DNA of 50,451 nucleotides from a virus. Lineage: Duplodnaviria; Caudoviricetes. Shown piece by piece: positions 24,162 to 35,052 of the stretch. Each line of letters starts with the position of its first letter. Within the stretch, counting starts at the first letter, position 1. The notes beneath the pieces are model-generated. The model was not told the DNA's origin, searched no databases, and saw only the letters and a program-made list of their open reading frames with translations. The position numbers and the translations under genes were made by a program. The stretch spans positions 1 to 50,451 of IMG/VR virus record IMGVR_UViG_3300043418_000062. One strand, written 5' to 3'.

Positions 24162-24872
24162 TTATGCCTTTTCGTATGAGAACTCGGCGTAGATAATGTC
24201 GTTAATGCTAATAGGTGGAACGTTTGTTGACGAAGTTCTTTGAGTCAGTGCTCTGTATGCGCCAGTTGTTCCAGCGAAAACCATAGCCTTTACGTTTGTA
24301 GTGGTAGCGTTACCGACAATGCCAACTGGGTAACCGGTGCTGCCAGCTTTATATGTTCCATAACCAACGGTAGACAAGCTGTCAATGCTTGCAGATGCGG
24401 GTGCATTTGTCGGTAGAGTAATCGTTGTGCTGGTTGCGGATGATGTTTCACCAGCGGCTCCAGCTGTTTTTGTTGCTTTAAACTGAACGGTTACAATACC
24501 ATCCGAGATTCTATAACGTGAAATGTTTACAGTAAAGTTTGTCGGGTTAGTGTAGGTGTATGTAGTCCAGGGTTTATTAGTAACCTTCCAGCCGTCTCCG
24601 GAGCCAAGGTAAACGTGCTGTTCCCATGTGCCATCTGCGCCAGTTTCAACAAAAGCAAAAGAGCCGACAACCATGCCGGTCAATGCGTTAAGTGCAGTAG
24701 TATTAGTAACCCTGTAAAGATAAGTCTGCACTTTACCTGCAATTGGACCCAGGTTAGTATTAAGAACTGTATCAATATCGGTAGCCATTGTCGAGAACGC
24801 TTCGTTAAGCGGAGCAATACTGTCGCTTGCTGTTGGGTACTCAATGTTGTAATGTGTTGTAAAAGCTGTCAT
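24162..24872 (-). CDS. Minor tail / fibre protein
   Basis: Thr-rich beta-type sequence; position; leaderless promoter. Confidence 0.65.
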   Translation of the reverse strand: MTAFTTHYNIEYPTASDSIAPLNEAFSTMATDIDTVLNTNLGPIAGKVQTYLYRVTNTTALNALTGMVVGSFAFVETGADGTWEQHVYLGSGDGWKVTNKPWTTYTYTNPTNFTVNISRYRISDGIVTVQFKATKTAGAAGETSSATSTTITLPTNAPASASIDSLSTVGYGTYKAGSTGYPVGIVGNATTTNVKAMVFAGTTGAYRALTQRTSSTNVPPISINDIIYAEFSYEKA

Positions 24873-24886
24873 ATATATATTCTACC

Positions 24887-26791
24887 TTATCTGGCTTCTA
24901 AAGCTGCGATACGAGCCTCAAGAGCTTCGTTCTTTAGGATGAGTTCCTTGATTGCCTGCGCCATCAGTGGAGTAAGTTTAGCATCCATAACCTGCTGGTA
25001 TTCTGGATTTCCGTCTTCATCAACGGCATCCTTCTCACCAATAACGGCTTCTGGGTGCACAGCTGCAACCTCGTGTGCAATGAAACCTGTCTGTAGGTTT
25101 TGCTCAGGGTCAACTTCTTTAATCTTGCGGAATGTGTAAGCCTGGATACCCTTCATGCGCTCAAGAGCATCAGTTACAGGCTGGACATCTTCCTTAATTC
25201 GGTAATCCGAACCAGAGGCAAATGCTGGTGTACCACCAGAGGCGACGTTGATTGTACCATTGTTAGCTCCGTTATAAAGGAATTGCACCATGACTGAGGT
25301 TCCGCTTGTTCCATAACGGTGAATATAACACACAGTAGCATTGCTACGCGTGAAAAGTCCATAGCCGTCTGGGTGCAAGTGCACACCAGCCGCCTGTGTT
25401 GCTGCAACGCCTGTTCTTGCATTTGTCGAGAGACCTTGGTCAGAGTTCCATGCGCTAGTGGTATTATTCCAAAGGAAGTCAGCGGTAGCATCTCCAGTGC
25501 CTGCTATATACGGTCTAAAACCACCGATAGCAGCGGAGCTATCAGATACATACACTCTTGCACCGTTACCGCTTGCTGTTTGCACAAGAGTAGTGCCCTG
25601 GAATGTAGCAGTCCCCTCAACTAGCATATTACCATTTGAGCTAATGCTACCATTACTACCAAGAGTAGTTCCGCTTCCGTTGGCAGCATAGCCACCACCG
25701 ACTCTAACACTTGAGTCAACATCTAGGTAACCATTAGTAGTTATGTTTCCATCTGCGTCGATGGTAGTACCAGTCGAACCGTAGCCACCACCAACGTCAA
25801 GAAGGCCAGCATCAACTAATCCAGTAGCAGTTAACACTTCAGAGGTAGTGATTCCTGTTGGCGTAATTTGAACTGTAGCAAATCCATATGTAGGCCCAGT
25901 TGCAGGTGGCTGCTCCTCTGTGCCAACGTATACTCCACGACTGCTGATATAGGTGTAATCAGTACCAAAGACACCTTCTTCGTTATAAAGCTCGATAGTA
26001 TTAGGAATAGCATCATACCCGAATGTTTGCATAATAACAGCGTTACCACTTGCCACAAAATCAGTGTAAGGTGTTGCTACGGTGATAGATAGTAAATCGC
26101 TTGGAACATCATAGCTCACCGCATAGATTGCAGTCTTTGGTGTGGTATAAACCCCACCATTGATAATCGCTATATAAGCACCAACTACATACGCATCTGG
26201 CTTATTATTACCGAGAACAGTTATGGTCATAAAACCATCTACACCCTGAAGATTAGACCTAATCTCATCTGGATAGTACCATGTTCCACCCTTGTCCTGC
26301 ATATGCAGTTTAAGACCACTAGCATTGATGATGCCATGAATATTCGAGCCAGTGACCTCAACGTCATTAAGGCTTAGATAGCCAGGAGTGAATTCAGTAG
26401 CACCTGTGACAGGGTTTACAACTTCATCCGCACCTGTCATAGAGAAGCTAGGTGCCTCATAAGGAAGCGACTCCATAATGCCACCCACGTCAACCAGTTG
26501 AAAGCGTGTTGCGTTTCCAACTGAAAGTGTGCCATCAATCTGAAGGTTTGATTCCATAGTAGTATCAGTATCAAAAGACACATTAGATAGAGTTGCGCTA
26601 ATAGCACCTTCGACACTCTGTGCAATAGATATAACCTCAGCGGAACCAACGCCAATGCTGCTACTAGATGTAGGTCCTGTCGCAGACCTTTCAATGTCAG
26701 CAACTTTACGCTGAAGCGCGTCTATATCTTTTTCGGTAGCTTTGACCCAAGGGGCCATGTTGCTAGGTGCATTGCTTTTTGGTCTGCTCAT
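24887..26791 (-). CDS. Tail fibre with C-terminal peptidase S74 intramolecular chaperone
   Basis: SDYRIKEDV...GFIAHEV...P.AV...L..AIKEL...LEARIAALE. Confidence 0.85.
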   Translation of the reverse strand: MSRPKSNAPSNMAPWVKATEKDIDALQRKVADIERSATGPTSSSSIGVGSAEVISIAQSVEGAISATLSNVSFDTDTTMESNLQIDGTLSVGNATRFQLVDVGGIMESLPYEAPSFSMTGADEVVNPVTGATEFTPGYLSLNDVEVTGSNIHGIINASGLKLHMQDKGGTWYYPDEIRSNLQGVDGFMTITVLGNNKPDAYVVGAYIAIINGGVYTTPKTAIYAVSYDVPSDLLSITVATPYTDFVASGNAVIMQTFGYDAIPNTIELYNEEGVFGTDYTYISSRGVYVGTEEQPPATGPTYGFATVQITPTGITTSEVLTATGLVDAGLLDVGGGYGSTGTTIDADGNITTNGYLDVDSSVRVGGGYAANGSGTTLGSNGSISSNGNMLVEGTATFQGTTLVQTASGNGARVYVSDSSAAIGGFRPYIAGTGDATADFLWNNTTSAWNSDQGLSTNARTGVAATQAAGVHLHPDGYGLFTRSNATVCYIHRYGTSGTSVMVQFLYNGANNGTINVASGGTPAFASGSDYRIKEDVQPVTDALERMKGIQAYTFRKIKEVDPEQNLQTGFIAHEVAAVHPEAVIGEKDAVDEDGNPEYQQVMDAKLTPLMAQAIKELILKNEALEARIAALEAR

Positions 26792-26792
26792 T

Positions 26793-28385
26793 TTAGATTG
26801 GCTCCATTAGTGGGATGATAGCGTGGTCGCTATATTTCATAAACTCTGCAGGGGCAGCAGCTTCTGTGAACATAGTGCTATTAAAATCAGAATATAGTTT
26901 ACCTGCCCATTTTGCGTTAAAGTCTGCAAATGTGACGTGCTGAGTTGCTGAGATATCAACTGAGCCATATGAGTAAGTTGCATTATCTACACGATACTTG
27001 CTTCTACCGTATTCTACAATAGCACCAGGAACGTAGCTAAACTCCTGACCTTCCGCTTCTTCAATTATATCAGTAGTAAGCGATATCTGAACCTTTGGGC
27101 CACCAGCTTCTTTAGCTGAATAACTCGCAGTTCTAACTAGCGCACCCTTATTTGAAAGGAATGGATTATTACTGTAGTCGGTAACATCATCACCAACAGA
27201 CAGTCCAGTAGGAAGCTGGTACATAGTCGAGTCAAACACTTTATCGGTCTTGTTATAACTGCGGCCACGAGAGTGAACGCCAGTGCCGGTAATCATTAGT
27301 GCTTGCTCTTTGCGGTCACCAGTATTACTGAAGACTAGCTCCCAGGGGGTGTCAAGAGCTACGTTTGGTCCAATGATTTTAACCACAGCATTGTATGAGT
27401 TATCTGGGTCAATAGAGACGCTGACACTTGCGCCAGTAGATTCCAATACCCCCGAAGTAACTTTATTGGCTCGTGAGTTCACGAAACAGTAGAACCCATT
27501 TAAGTCGCCAGAGTCAGGAGTTGAACCAATCGAGGTTGGCTCGGTATAGCGGATTAGGCTTTCCGGGACAGTGTTTGTGTATGCTGGCTGATTCACAGAG
27601 GCGAGAGAGATTGGTGATTCAATTGTGATTTCTCTAGTCTCATTTACGTCAATGCCTTCAGTGCCGTCATCATTAGAATCAGCGTAGCACTTTAAGATTG
27701 CATTGGTTACATACTTAGTATCTAGGAACTCGAAGGATACTGCTTTAGATTCGGTTGGCATCATTACCGACACTGAATCATTAGTGACATTATCCAGCTT
27801 TATAGAGCGACCGTTTCTAGGCTTAACGTAAAGAATGTCGGAATTGAAGCTAATCTCGGCACCAACAGCAATACAAAGCAGTTTTAAGTAATCCCAAACT
27901 TTACCTGTCCAGCCTGGGTAAATTGCCTCATTAGCCGTAGTCTCAGCGTCGTAAGATTCATCAATATCATAGTGAGCAGATGTGACTCCAGCAAGCTCTA
28001 GGTATTCCGCAAACGCTCCACCTATAAAGCCATTAAAAGGAAGCGCTGTCTTTTCTGAGTTTAGGGACTCAAAGATAGACTGCGCTGTAATTGATACGCT
28101 TTCACCAGTTATACTAACATCTGTAATCTTTCCAGAAAACGAGCCTCTAGAAGAGTCAGTTAGTGTAATACCGTTATCAAGCAGCAAAAGGCTGGTCGGG
28201 TGAGTTAATCCGAGCGTTTCAACATTGTTAGACTTACCGTCTATATTCATCGTTGGAATAGCGGCGGCAGTATCAATCACACTGAGTGGAGTCGCATCTT
28301 CAGTTAGTGAGTAGCTGGATACAAAGTCACCATCACGATTTGGTTGAAACTTTCCATTGCCTGTAACCTGCAAGGATACTGTCAT
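26793..28385 (-). CDS. Minor tail (baseplate hub-like) protein
   Basis: Second gene after tape measure; size. Confidence 0.65.
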   Translation of the reverse strand: MTVSLQVTGNGKFQPNRDGDFVSSYSLTEDATPLSVIDTAAAIPTMNIDGKSNNVETLGLTHPTSLLLLDNGITLTDSSRGSFSGKITDVSITGESVSITAQSIFESLNSEKTALPFNGFIGGAFAEYLELAGVTSAHYDIDESYDAETTANEAIYPGWTGKVWDYLKLLCIAVGAEISFNSDILYVKPRNGRSIKLDNVTNDSVSVMMPTESKAVSFEFLDTKYVTNAILKCYADSNDDGTEGIDVNETREITIESPISLASVNQPAYTNTVPESLIRYTEPTSIGSTPDSGDLNGFYCFVNSRANKVTSGVLESTGASVSVSIDPDNSYNAVVKIIGPNVALDTPWELVFSNTGDRKEQALMITGTGVHSRGRSYNKTDKVFDSTMYQLPTGLSVGDDVTDYSNNPFLSNKGALVRTASYSAKEAGGPKVQISLTTDIIEEAEGQEFSYVPGAIVEYGRSKYRVDNATYSYGSVDISATQHVTFADFNAKWAGKLYSDFNSTMFTEAAAPAEFMKYSDHAIIPLMEPI

Positions 28386-29257
28386 TATAATACCTCAGTT
28401 AGAGTTGCGCTCATTTCAATGAAACCATCATTAATCTGTGACGAAATATAGTTGATAACAGGTGCGTCAGAGAACTCAAGAGCATTAGTTCCGCGACCAG
28501 AAACAAATCCACCAGTAGCTACTGAAACAGAGCTGGGTAGAATCTGTGCAATCATTGCTGTAATATTCACAGTGGCAGCGGCTGCTGTTGCTAGTAGTAT
28601 CTCAACTCGACTGTATGTAGTGCCAGAAACAGTAGTGTTAGTGCGAGTAGTTCCACCGGCAGTAATCTTAGTTGGGTTCAGTGCTGTACCTGCTGCACCA
28701 GTCGAGCGTAGGTATGGAATAATTCTAATACCAGTAGATGAACCAGCAGCAGGGCCATGCCAGCCAAAGTTGAGGGTGTAGCCAGTTGGGATTATGACTA
28801 CCAACTTCTCTGTGCCTGTGTAAGCACCGGTAGAGGTGTAGGTAGCATACTTGCTTGGGAAGCCATTAGCAACCGTAGCGGCAGTGAAGGTTGGTGTTAG
28901 CGTATTGGTTAGCTTAGACCAATCCTTTTTGGCAAGCATAGGAGATGCCCAGTTAGGTGGAAGAATGTTCTGGTTAACCGCAAATGGGTCGTTCCAGTAG
29001 AATGGGCCATCGCCATAGATGCCATCGTAAAAGTCTTTTACAACGTGCAAGTCAGAATCTACGATACCACTATTCATCGAGCCAGTCCAGCTCATAGCGA
29101 ATTCGCGGTGCGTCTGCGAACTACGACGCACAGATGCGCCACCGTTTAGGAATTGCAGGGATTCCGAATAACCAGCAGACCCAGCACCCATTCCAGATGC
29201 CGGGGCCTTAATCCAGGTTTGATAATTAGCGTTACCGAAGTAAACTGTGCCTGCCAT
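28385..29257 (-). CDS. Minor tail (distal tail-like) protein
   Basis: Immediately after tape measure. Confidence 0.65.
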   Translation of the reverse strand: MAGTVYFGNANYQTWIKAPASGMGAGSAGYSESLQFLNGGASVRRSSQTHREFAMSWTGSMNSGIVDSDLHVVKDFYDGIYGDGPFYWNDPFAVNQNILPPNWASPMLAKKDWSKLTNTLTPTFTAATVANGFPSKYATYTSTGAYTGTEKLVVIIPTGYTLNFGWHGPAAGSSTGIRIIPYLRSTGAAGTALNPTKITAGGTTRTNTTVSGTTYSRVEILLATAAAATVNITAMIAQILPSSVSVATGGFVSGRGTNALEFSDAPVINYISSQINDGFIEMSATLTEVL

Positions 29258-32200
29258 TAATTCTTTCCTCGTCTTGCAAGTTCTTTGTTGCCAGCATTTG
29301 CTGACTCAGCAATTGTCTTGTTATTTGAGTAGAGAACAACTGGGCGGTCAACTGCTGCCCTCAGTAGCTTTCTATCCTCTTGAGACAAGTATACCATTTG
29401 TGGACCATTTCCGCCAGCTGCAATCTTTGCGCTAACCGGCATCGCTCCACCAAACTTTTGCTGGTTAATTGCGTTCATAAAGTCGGTGCCATAGGCTCTG
29501 ACGGCAGATGCTTGCATTATAAACTCGCCATTAGAAGCGTTGATTGGAATAGAGTCGCTAGTAGGTGTTCCTCTTCCGCGAATCAAACCACCAGAAGCAT
29601 AGTTACCAGAAGCAATCAAAGCATTGATAGAGTCAACCTGTAGCTGTAGCTGGGCATTAACACCCTCAAGCCCACGAAGGCCCTTCTGCTTGTCGAGTGT
29701 GTCCTGAATTCGCTTACGCTCATCTCGCAGTGCCTTTAGTCGGTCAGCCTTTGTAGGCGGCTTCACATCTAGAGTAACTGTAGCCTTTGAATCATTTGCC
29801 TTTGTAATGAACTCATGTAGAGCACGAGTTGCAGGGTCGGTATTTGCGTCAACGTTAACTTCGTTTGGCACCTCGTCAATGATTTTATTCATGTCATCGA
29901 AGGCAGCAGCTAGGTCATCAATCTTAGAAGGTGCTACACCCATTGCTCGCATCTGTGAACGGAAGGCTGCCTCACCATCGGCAACTGCTTTATTCACAGT
30001 ATCTTGGCTTGCACCAGACTCAATCAACGACTGAACGTAGTCAGCGTTTGCCTGAATGATGTCCTGGGCTGCTGCATAGTTGTCACGACCAGCCTGAGTG
30101 TTCAAGTCCATGCTACCAGTTGCGATACCGTTCTGGTAAGCAAGGTCCTCCTGTGAGGCAGCAATATCTTCGTTTAGAGTTGCAATCTGCTTACGAATAT
30201 CCTCAGCACCAGCTGCGTCACCGTACTTAATAGCAAGGTCAAGTTGTGCCTGAAGGTCAGCCTTGTCATTCTTCTTACCAGCGATTTCGTCTCGAAGGTC
30301 ACGAACCTTTTTGCGAGCGTCATCTGTACGGTCATTAAACTCTTGAATTGCTGTACGCATTTCAGATAGGCCGTTGTTACGACCAAAGCGGAAGTTAAGT
30401 GCATCAGCAATAACGCTTGCAACATTTGAAGCGTAGTCCCCAAGAGTAACAAGAGCCTCTTTAGTTCCATTTACCTCATCGGTAACAGCAGACTGGTCGT
30501 CTACCCAGCCACGAAGGAATTGCTGTGCAAAGTTACTTGCAGGCTGAAGTGATGCAAGAAGTTGCTTACCATAGGCAGCAGCAGCAGAGGTCGAGCCCTC
30601 TGTGGCAATCTTATTGTTAGTCCACTCTTCGACCTGTTTTCTAAGTTCTTCAGTATTCTTGGCAGTTGATATATTTAGGTCAGTGTAACCAGAGTCGCTT
30701 ACGGCGTTCTGTAGGTAATCACGCATCTGCTGGAACGGCACAGCAGCGTCTCCGCCAGCAAGTTCAATCTCGTGAAGGCCATCAACCATTGACTGAATAC
30801 CACCAGCAAGGCCAGTTCCAGCGGCCTCAGCTTGGCTAAGAGAGTTCTCCATGTAGGTAGCCCAAGCGTCAAGCTCCTGGCGACCTTCCTTCGTGAAGGT
30901 AGTAAACTCTCCGCCAGTTTGCTGCACAGTGTCGCGAAGGCCAGCCATAGAGTTTTCGAGAGTTCCGTTTGCTTTGCTGACTGCAAGTACAGCTTCAAGA
31001 TTCTTCTTTAGCTGCTCGTTTAGACCAGATACAGCATTATCAGCAGCATCCTCTGATACGCCAGTCTCTACAAGGGCCTTCTTCATAAGGTCTTGCTCGG
31101 CAGCAGCTTGCTTAGTTGATGCCTTCATTGCATCTAGAGACTTAGCGGCCTCATCAAACTGACCATATGCACGAGGAATCATTCCTCGGTTTGCCTCAGC
31201 GGCAACAGTTAGCTTATCCATCTGCTCAGCAGTTAAGCCGAACTCTTTACCAACCTTCTGGATTCCACCACCCTTTACGGCTCCGATAGAGTTCATCTTA
31301 CCAATCATACCCTGGAACTTGTCAAGGTATCCAGTAGCAGTCATGCCATCTGTCATAGATGCGGTAATCATCTCACCAGCACTAAAGCCGGCACTCTCAA
31401 GAGCTGCTACGTTCTTGCTATTAGCAGGGTCAGCATACTCAGCCCAGAAGTTCTTATCAGCATTGCTGCCGTACTTAGTTAGCGCCTGTGCTGCAAGAAT
31501 TGCATAATTTTCGCCCAGAGCAAGGGTTTGGTTTTCAATCTGAGTATTAGCAGCTGCTGTAGAGGCAGCTAGAGAGTCATTGGCTGCTGCTGCACCATTT
31601 GCAGCTGTAGAGTAGTTGTCAGCACCCTTACCAGCCTCACCAAAGCTATCAGTTACAGCATTATGTGCATCCATAGCCTTCACTGCTGCATCAGTCTTTG
31701 CCTGGTCAGCCTTAGTTGCTTCACTTACCTTTGCAGTAAGTGTACCATAAACTGTAGCACCCTCCTTAGCAGCAGCTGTGTCCTTACGGATTGCATCGGC
31801 AACGGCCTCAGCACCGCCAGCAGACTCCAGCATTGACTTACCTAGTTTAGAGTTAGCTTCGCTTGCTTCAATGATTAGAGGGACAACTACCGATAGAATA
31901 GAAGCTACTACACCAATAATACCAAGCGCTTTTTGGAAGCCTGACATTGCAGCAGCAGCACCCTTGACAGCAGTACCAAAGCCAATCATATTAGCCTTTG
32001 CCCCAGTTAAGCCACCAGACAACATATTGAGTCCGGCTGTTGCTACGCCACCACTTACACCCATATCTTTTAGAAGCACATTTACAGTGCCAAAAGAGGC
32101 AAGAGACCTAATGCTAGTCTCACCAAAAGAATTAAGTGCAATCTTAGCTGCAATCAAACCTGCAATAGCAAGCATGGTGGCACCCTTGAAAATTAAGAAG

Positions 32201-33912
32201 CCAGCACCGGCAGCAGCTACAATAGAAATCATCCACTTGAAACCATCAGGCATCTTTGCGATACCTTCGATAAGCCCATTCACAAAATCCATTACACCTT
32301 TTAGTGGGCCAAGGAAAGTGTCACCAAAAGCAGCTGCAAGTTGGTCAACCGATGATTTAAAAACAGCAAACTTAGTCATAAGGTCATCTTGAACTTTAGA
32401 GTAAGCATCTGCCGAGTAGGTACCAAGCGCATACTGTTCACGAGCATTTGCCATAGACTCGTTAAGGACATCCATGTTGCCAGCGAGGCGCTGTACTACG
32501 TTAAGCTCACGAGTGTTAGTTACGCCAAGCGAACTCATAACCTGGTCAAGCTGTCCAGTCGCTGATGCTCCCTCAATCAGTTTCTGGAAATAACCACTTG
32601 GGTCTTGCTTCCACATTTTAGCAGCTGCATCGGCATTAGTGCCCAACACAGATGCCATGTCGTTTAGAAGTGGGCCAGCCTCGTTAACGCCTGTACTAAT
32701 AGTACGGAACATACGGAGCAGGACACCACGAGCTTCCTCAGGTCGAACCTTTAGAGACGCTAGAGCACCGGCCATACCAATTACCTCGTCAGTTGCATAG
32801 CCAGCCTGTGATGCAGTTGCTGCAATAGACTCTGACATTGTGAGGATTTCTTTATCGGTTGCAACTGCGTTTACGCCGACATAAGCAATAGATGAAGATA
32901 GATTCTCGAACTGGGCGACTGGCACGTCAAGCATCTGGCTTAGGCGACCGAACGAGGTAGAGACCTCTTCTACTGCAATACCTGTGATGCCAGAGAAGGC
33001 AACGACGGTATTGGTAAAGCCAGTAAGCGCACTAGAGGCGATGCCCAGCTGTGCACCAAGGGTTGCAATCTTTGTAATCTCTTCATATGAGATAGGTGAA
33101 GTTGTGGCAATATCCATCAACTGATTCTTTAGATTCTCAGCGGCAGCACCTGCTACGCCAGAGGTTCTCTCCACAGAGGTAAAGGCTGACTCAAACTTTG
33201 CAGCGGCATTAATTGCATATCCAAAACCGGCTGCAATGCCAAGGCCGACACCCATAGCCTGACGGCCTAAGTCATATAGCGCATAACGCGCACGACCCAT
33301 AGACGCTTCAAAGTCACCACTATTAATACGAAGAGTTAGGTCTCGCTGGTGGGCCATGTTGTTGTAGAAAGTGTCCCACTTCTTACGCGTGTAAGAAGCG
33401 GCTGCCTGGTCCCACTTAGCTGATACTAAAAGTGAGCTTTTATTTTTAAATGATACAGCTAAGTCATTTGCCTGCTTCTTAAGCTCTGCAACTTGCTTCT
33501 TTACTTCGGAAGTCCGAAGTGCCATCTGGCGACCTAGTGTTGGTTCAGCTTTGTAGTTTGCTTGCTCAACACGAGCCATAGGTGTAACAGCTCGCGGAGT
33601 GACTGCTCTAGCAGTTGGTGCATTTCCAGTAGCACCGTACTGAGCACGCATAGCCTCTTTTGCCATGCGACGATTTGAGGACATAGCCTTCTTCTCAAAA
33701 TCCGAGAGGGCCTTCATGTCACGACTCTTAGCTTTTGTGTAAGCATTAGTCTGGTCGTTGAAAGACTTTTCAACGTAAGCGTTAAGTTTCTTCGTATCAG
33801 CCTGTGCTGTACCTGTCAGGTGCTTGATTGCACCAATTGCCTCAGATGCGCCTTTTTTTACGCCGTCTGCTGCAAGAGAGATTTTGACTCTAATGTCCAA
33901 AGTATGTACCAC
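29257..33912 (-). CDS. Tape measure protein
   Basis: 1551 aa, Ala-rich; FESAFTSVERT core; C-terminal ASGGLIRG.GT.TSDSIP...NGEF; start may be TTG at 33900. Confidence 0.95.
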   Translation of the reverse strand: MVHTLDIRVKISLAADGVKKGASEAIGAIKHLTGTAQADTKKLNAYVEKSFNDQTNAYTKAKSRDMKALSDFEKKAMSSNRRMAKEAMRAQYGATGNAPTARAVTPRAVTPMARVEQANYKAEPTLGRQMALRTSEVKKQVAELKKQANDLAVSFKNKSSLLVSAKWDQAAASYTRKKWDTFYNNMAHQRDLTLRINSGDFEASMGRARYALYDLGRQAMGVGLGIAAGFGYAINAAAKFESAFTSVERTSGVAGAAAENLKNQLMDIATTSPISYEEITKIATLGAQLGIASSALTGFTNTVVAFSGITGIAVEEVSTSFGRLSQMLDVPVAQFENLSSSIAYVGVNAVATDKEILTMSESIAATASQAGYATDEVIGMAGALASLKVRPEEARGVLLRMFRTISTGVNEAGPLLNDMASVLGTNADAAAKMWKQDPSGYFQKLIEGASATGQLDQVMSSLGVTNTRELNVVQRLAGNMDVLNESMANAREQYALGTYSADAYSKVQDDLMTKFAVFKSSVDQLAAAFGDTFLGPLKGVMDFVNGLIEGIAKMPDGFKWMISIVAAAGAGFLIFKGATMLAIAGLIAAKIALNSFGETSIRSLASFGTVNVLLKDMGVSGGVATAGLNMLSGGLTGAKANMIGFGTAVKGAAAAMSGFQKALGIIGVVASILSVVVPLIIEASEANSKLGKSMLESAGGAEAVADAIRKDTAAAKEGATVYGTLTAKVSEATKADQAKTDAAVKAMDAHNAVTDSFGEAGKGADNYSTAANGAAAANDSLAASTAAANTQIENQTLALGENYAILAAQALTKYGSNADKNFWAEYADPANSKNVAALESAGFSAGEMITASMTDGMTATGYLDKFQGMIGKMNSIGAVKGGGIQKVGKEFGLTAEQMDKLTVAAEANRGMIPRAYGQFDEAAKSLDAMKASTKQAAAEQDLMKKALVETGVSEDAADNAVSGLNEQLKKNLEAVLAVSKANGTLENSMAGLRDTVQQTGGEFTTFTKEGRQELDAWATYMENSLSQAEAAGTGLAGGIQSMVDGLHEIELAGGDAAVPFQQMRDYLQNAVSDSGYTDLNISTAKNTEELRKQVEEWTNNKIATEGSTSAAAAYGKQLLASLQPASNFAQQFLRGWVDDQSAVTDEVNGTKEALVTLGDYASNVASVIADALNFRFGRNNGLSEMRTAIQEFNDRTDDARKKVRDLRDEIAGKKNDKADLQAQLDLAIKYGDAAGAEDIRKQIATLNEDIAASQEDLAYQNGIATGSMDLNTQAGRDNYAAAQDIIQANADYVQSLIESGASQDTVNKAVADGEAAFRSQMRAMGVAPSKIDDLAAAFDDMNKIIDEVPNEVNVDANTDPATRALHEFITKANDSKATVTLDVKPPTKADRLKALRDERKRIQDTLDKQKGLRGLEGVNAQLQLQVDSINALIASGNYASGGLIRGRGTPTSDSIPINASNGEFIMQASAVRAYGTDFMNAINQQKFGGAMPVSAKIAAGGNGPQMVYLSQEDRKLLRAAVDRPVVLYSNNKTIAESANAGNKELARRGKN

Positions 33913-33957
33913 CTATGCCGATTGTCTTATTTAATTCTATCTTATAGTGGCAGGTTT

Positions 33958-34380
33958 TTAGTCTGCCACTATAAGGGATTCGTAATATGACTTACGACTT
34001 GGCATAGGACTATCGTCGTAAGTGTATGCAACAGTGTATGGGTACTGACCGTATGCGCTCTTGCTATTCTTTTTCTTTTCTTCTTTTTCTCTCCACTTAT
34101 CAAGTTCTGCTTTGGCAAAGCAAGTGGCAATCTTTACTTTAAACCCAACATTGGAAGCCTCTTCGTTACGGCAAATCCAAATAGGATTACCGCACTCGTT
34201 GCAGGTTTCGTCTTGAAGGATTTGGTATGCCTCTAGTAACTTGAAGTCGAAAGGCACCCAGGGGTCGCTAGGCTGCTCATGGAACAGCATAGCGACTGGG
34301 CGAATACCTGCTGCAATCGCTGCTTTTATGCTTGTGACATAAGGGCGATTACCTTCCCATGTTAGGACTTCGGTAAAAAA
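33958..34380 (-). CDS. Tail assembly chaperone C-terminal extension reached by -1 frameshift
   Basis: The -1 frame is open from the slippery T TTT TTA (34380-34374) into ORF 33958-34290. Confidence 0.8.
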   Translation of the reverse strand, partial: FFTEVLTWEGNRPYVTSIKAAIAAGIRPVAMLFHEQPSDPWVPFDFKLLEAYQILQDETCNECGNPIWICRNEEASNVGFKVKIATCFAKAELDKWREKEEKKKNSKSAYGQYPYTVAYTYDDSPMPSRKSYYESLIVAD

Positions 34381-34955
34381 CCTGCATCCGTAACTGCCTC
34401 AAAATACGAGCCAGCTAGGGTTAGCTTTTGCATAGTCTCAACTAGGTTACCCCATGAATCCACAGGGATGATTCCGCGAATCTCAATCATGTCTTCCATA
34501 GAGAACTTGCTTGTGTCTTCGTTGCCTTCTGCATCGGTAACCTTGGTTACGTTAGCTGCGATTAGGTAGCTTAGGTAGAACTTCACCCACTCAGGGTTGT
34601 CTTCTCCGTCTACATTCGGAGCCAACTTATCTGCGTTCTTCACAGCGTCTTCCACGATTGCCTGTCCTACGCCACGCATATGGAATGTTAGTTTTGATTC
34701 CTCAATCTTATCAGCGAGTTCACGAGCAACAATATTTAGCTTATCGTAATCCTCTAGCTGACCAAGGTTTGAAAGTTCCTGCAACTTCTGGTTTACCTGC
34801 TCTAGCTCAAAAGCTGAACCCGAATCTAGGTATACATCCACAGATGCCTCTGGGTAGCCGCGACCTTTAATGGTGTCGGCTAGGTTAAACTTGCCACGCT
34901 TCTGTGCTGCTTCAGCAAGGTTAACTACGTTTTCTGGTGTGTTGTTTTCTGTCAT
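34362..34955 (-). CDS. Tail assembly chaperone
   Basis: Between major tail and tape measure; ends GGT TTT TTA CCG AAG TCC TAA. Confidence 0.85.
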   Translation of the reverse strand: MTENNTPENVVNLAEAAQKRGKFNLADTIKGRGYPEASVDVYLDSGSAFELEQVNQKLQELSNLGQLEDYDKLNIVARELADKIEESKLTFHMRGVGQAIVEDAVKNADKLAPNVDGEDNPEWVKFYLSYLIAANVTKVTDAEGNEDTSKFSMEDMIEIRGIIPVDSWGNLVETMQKLTLAGSYFEAVTDAGFLPKS

Positions 34956-35001
34956 TATTTGCGCCTTTCAGTTATGAAAAATACCCATTATAAATGTTTA
35001 A

Positions 35002-35042
35002 AGTCTGGGGAGAGGGAATGGGCGCAAACCTCTCCCCAGACT
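35002..35042 (-). terminator. 14-bp hairpin after the major tail gene (attenuator or terminator; loop complementary to the downstream RBS)
   Basis: AGTCTGGGGAGAGG/CCTCTCCCCAGACT. Confidence 0.7.
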
Positions 35043-35052
35043 GTTCTTTTTA

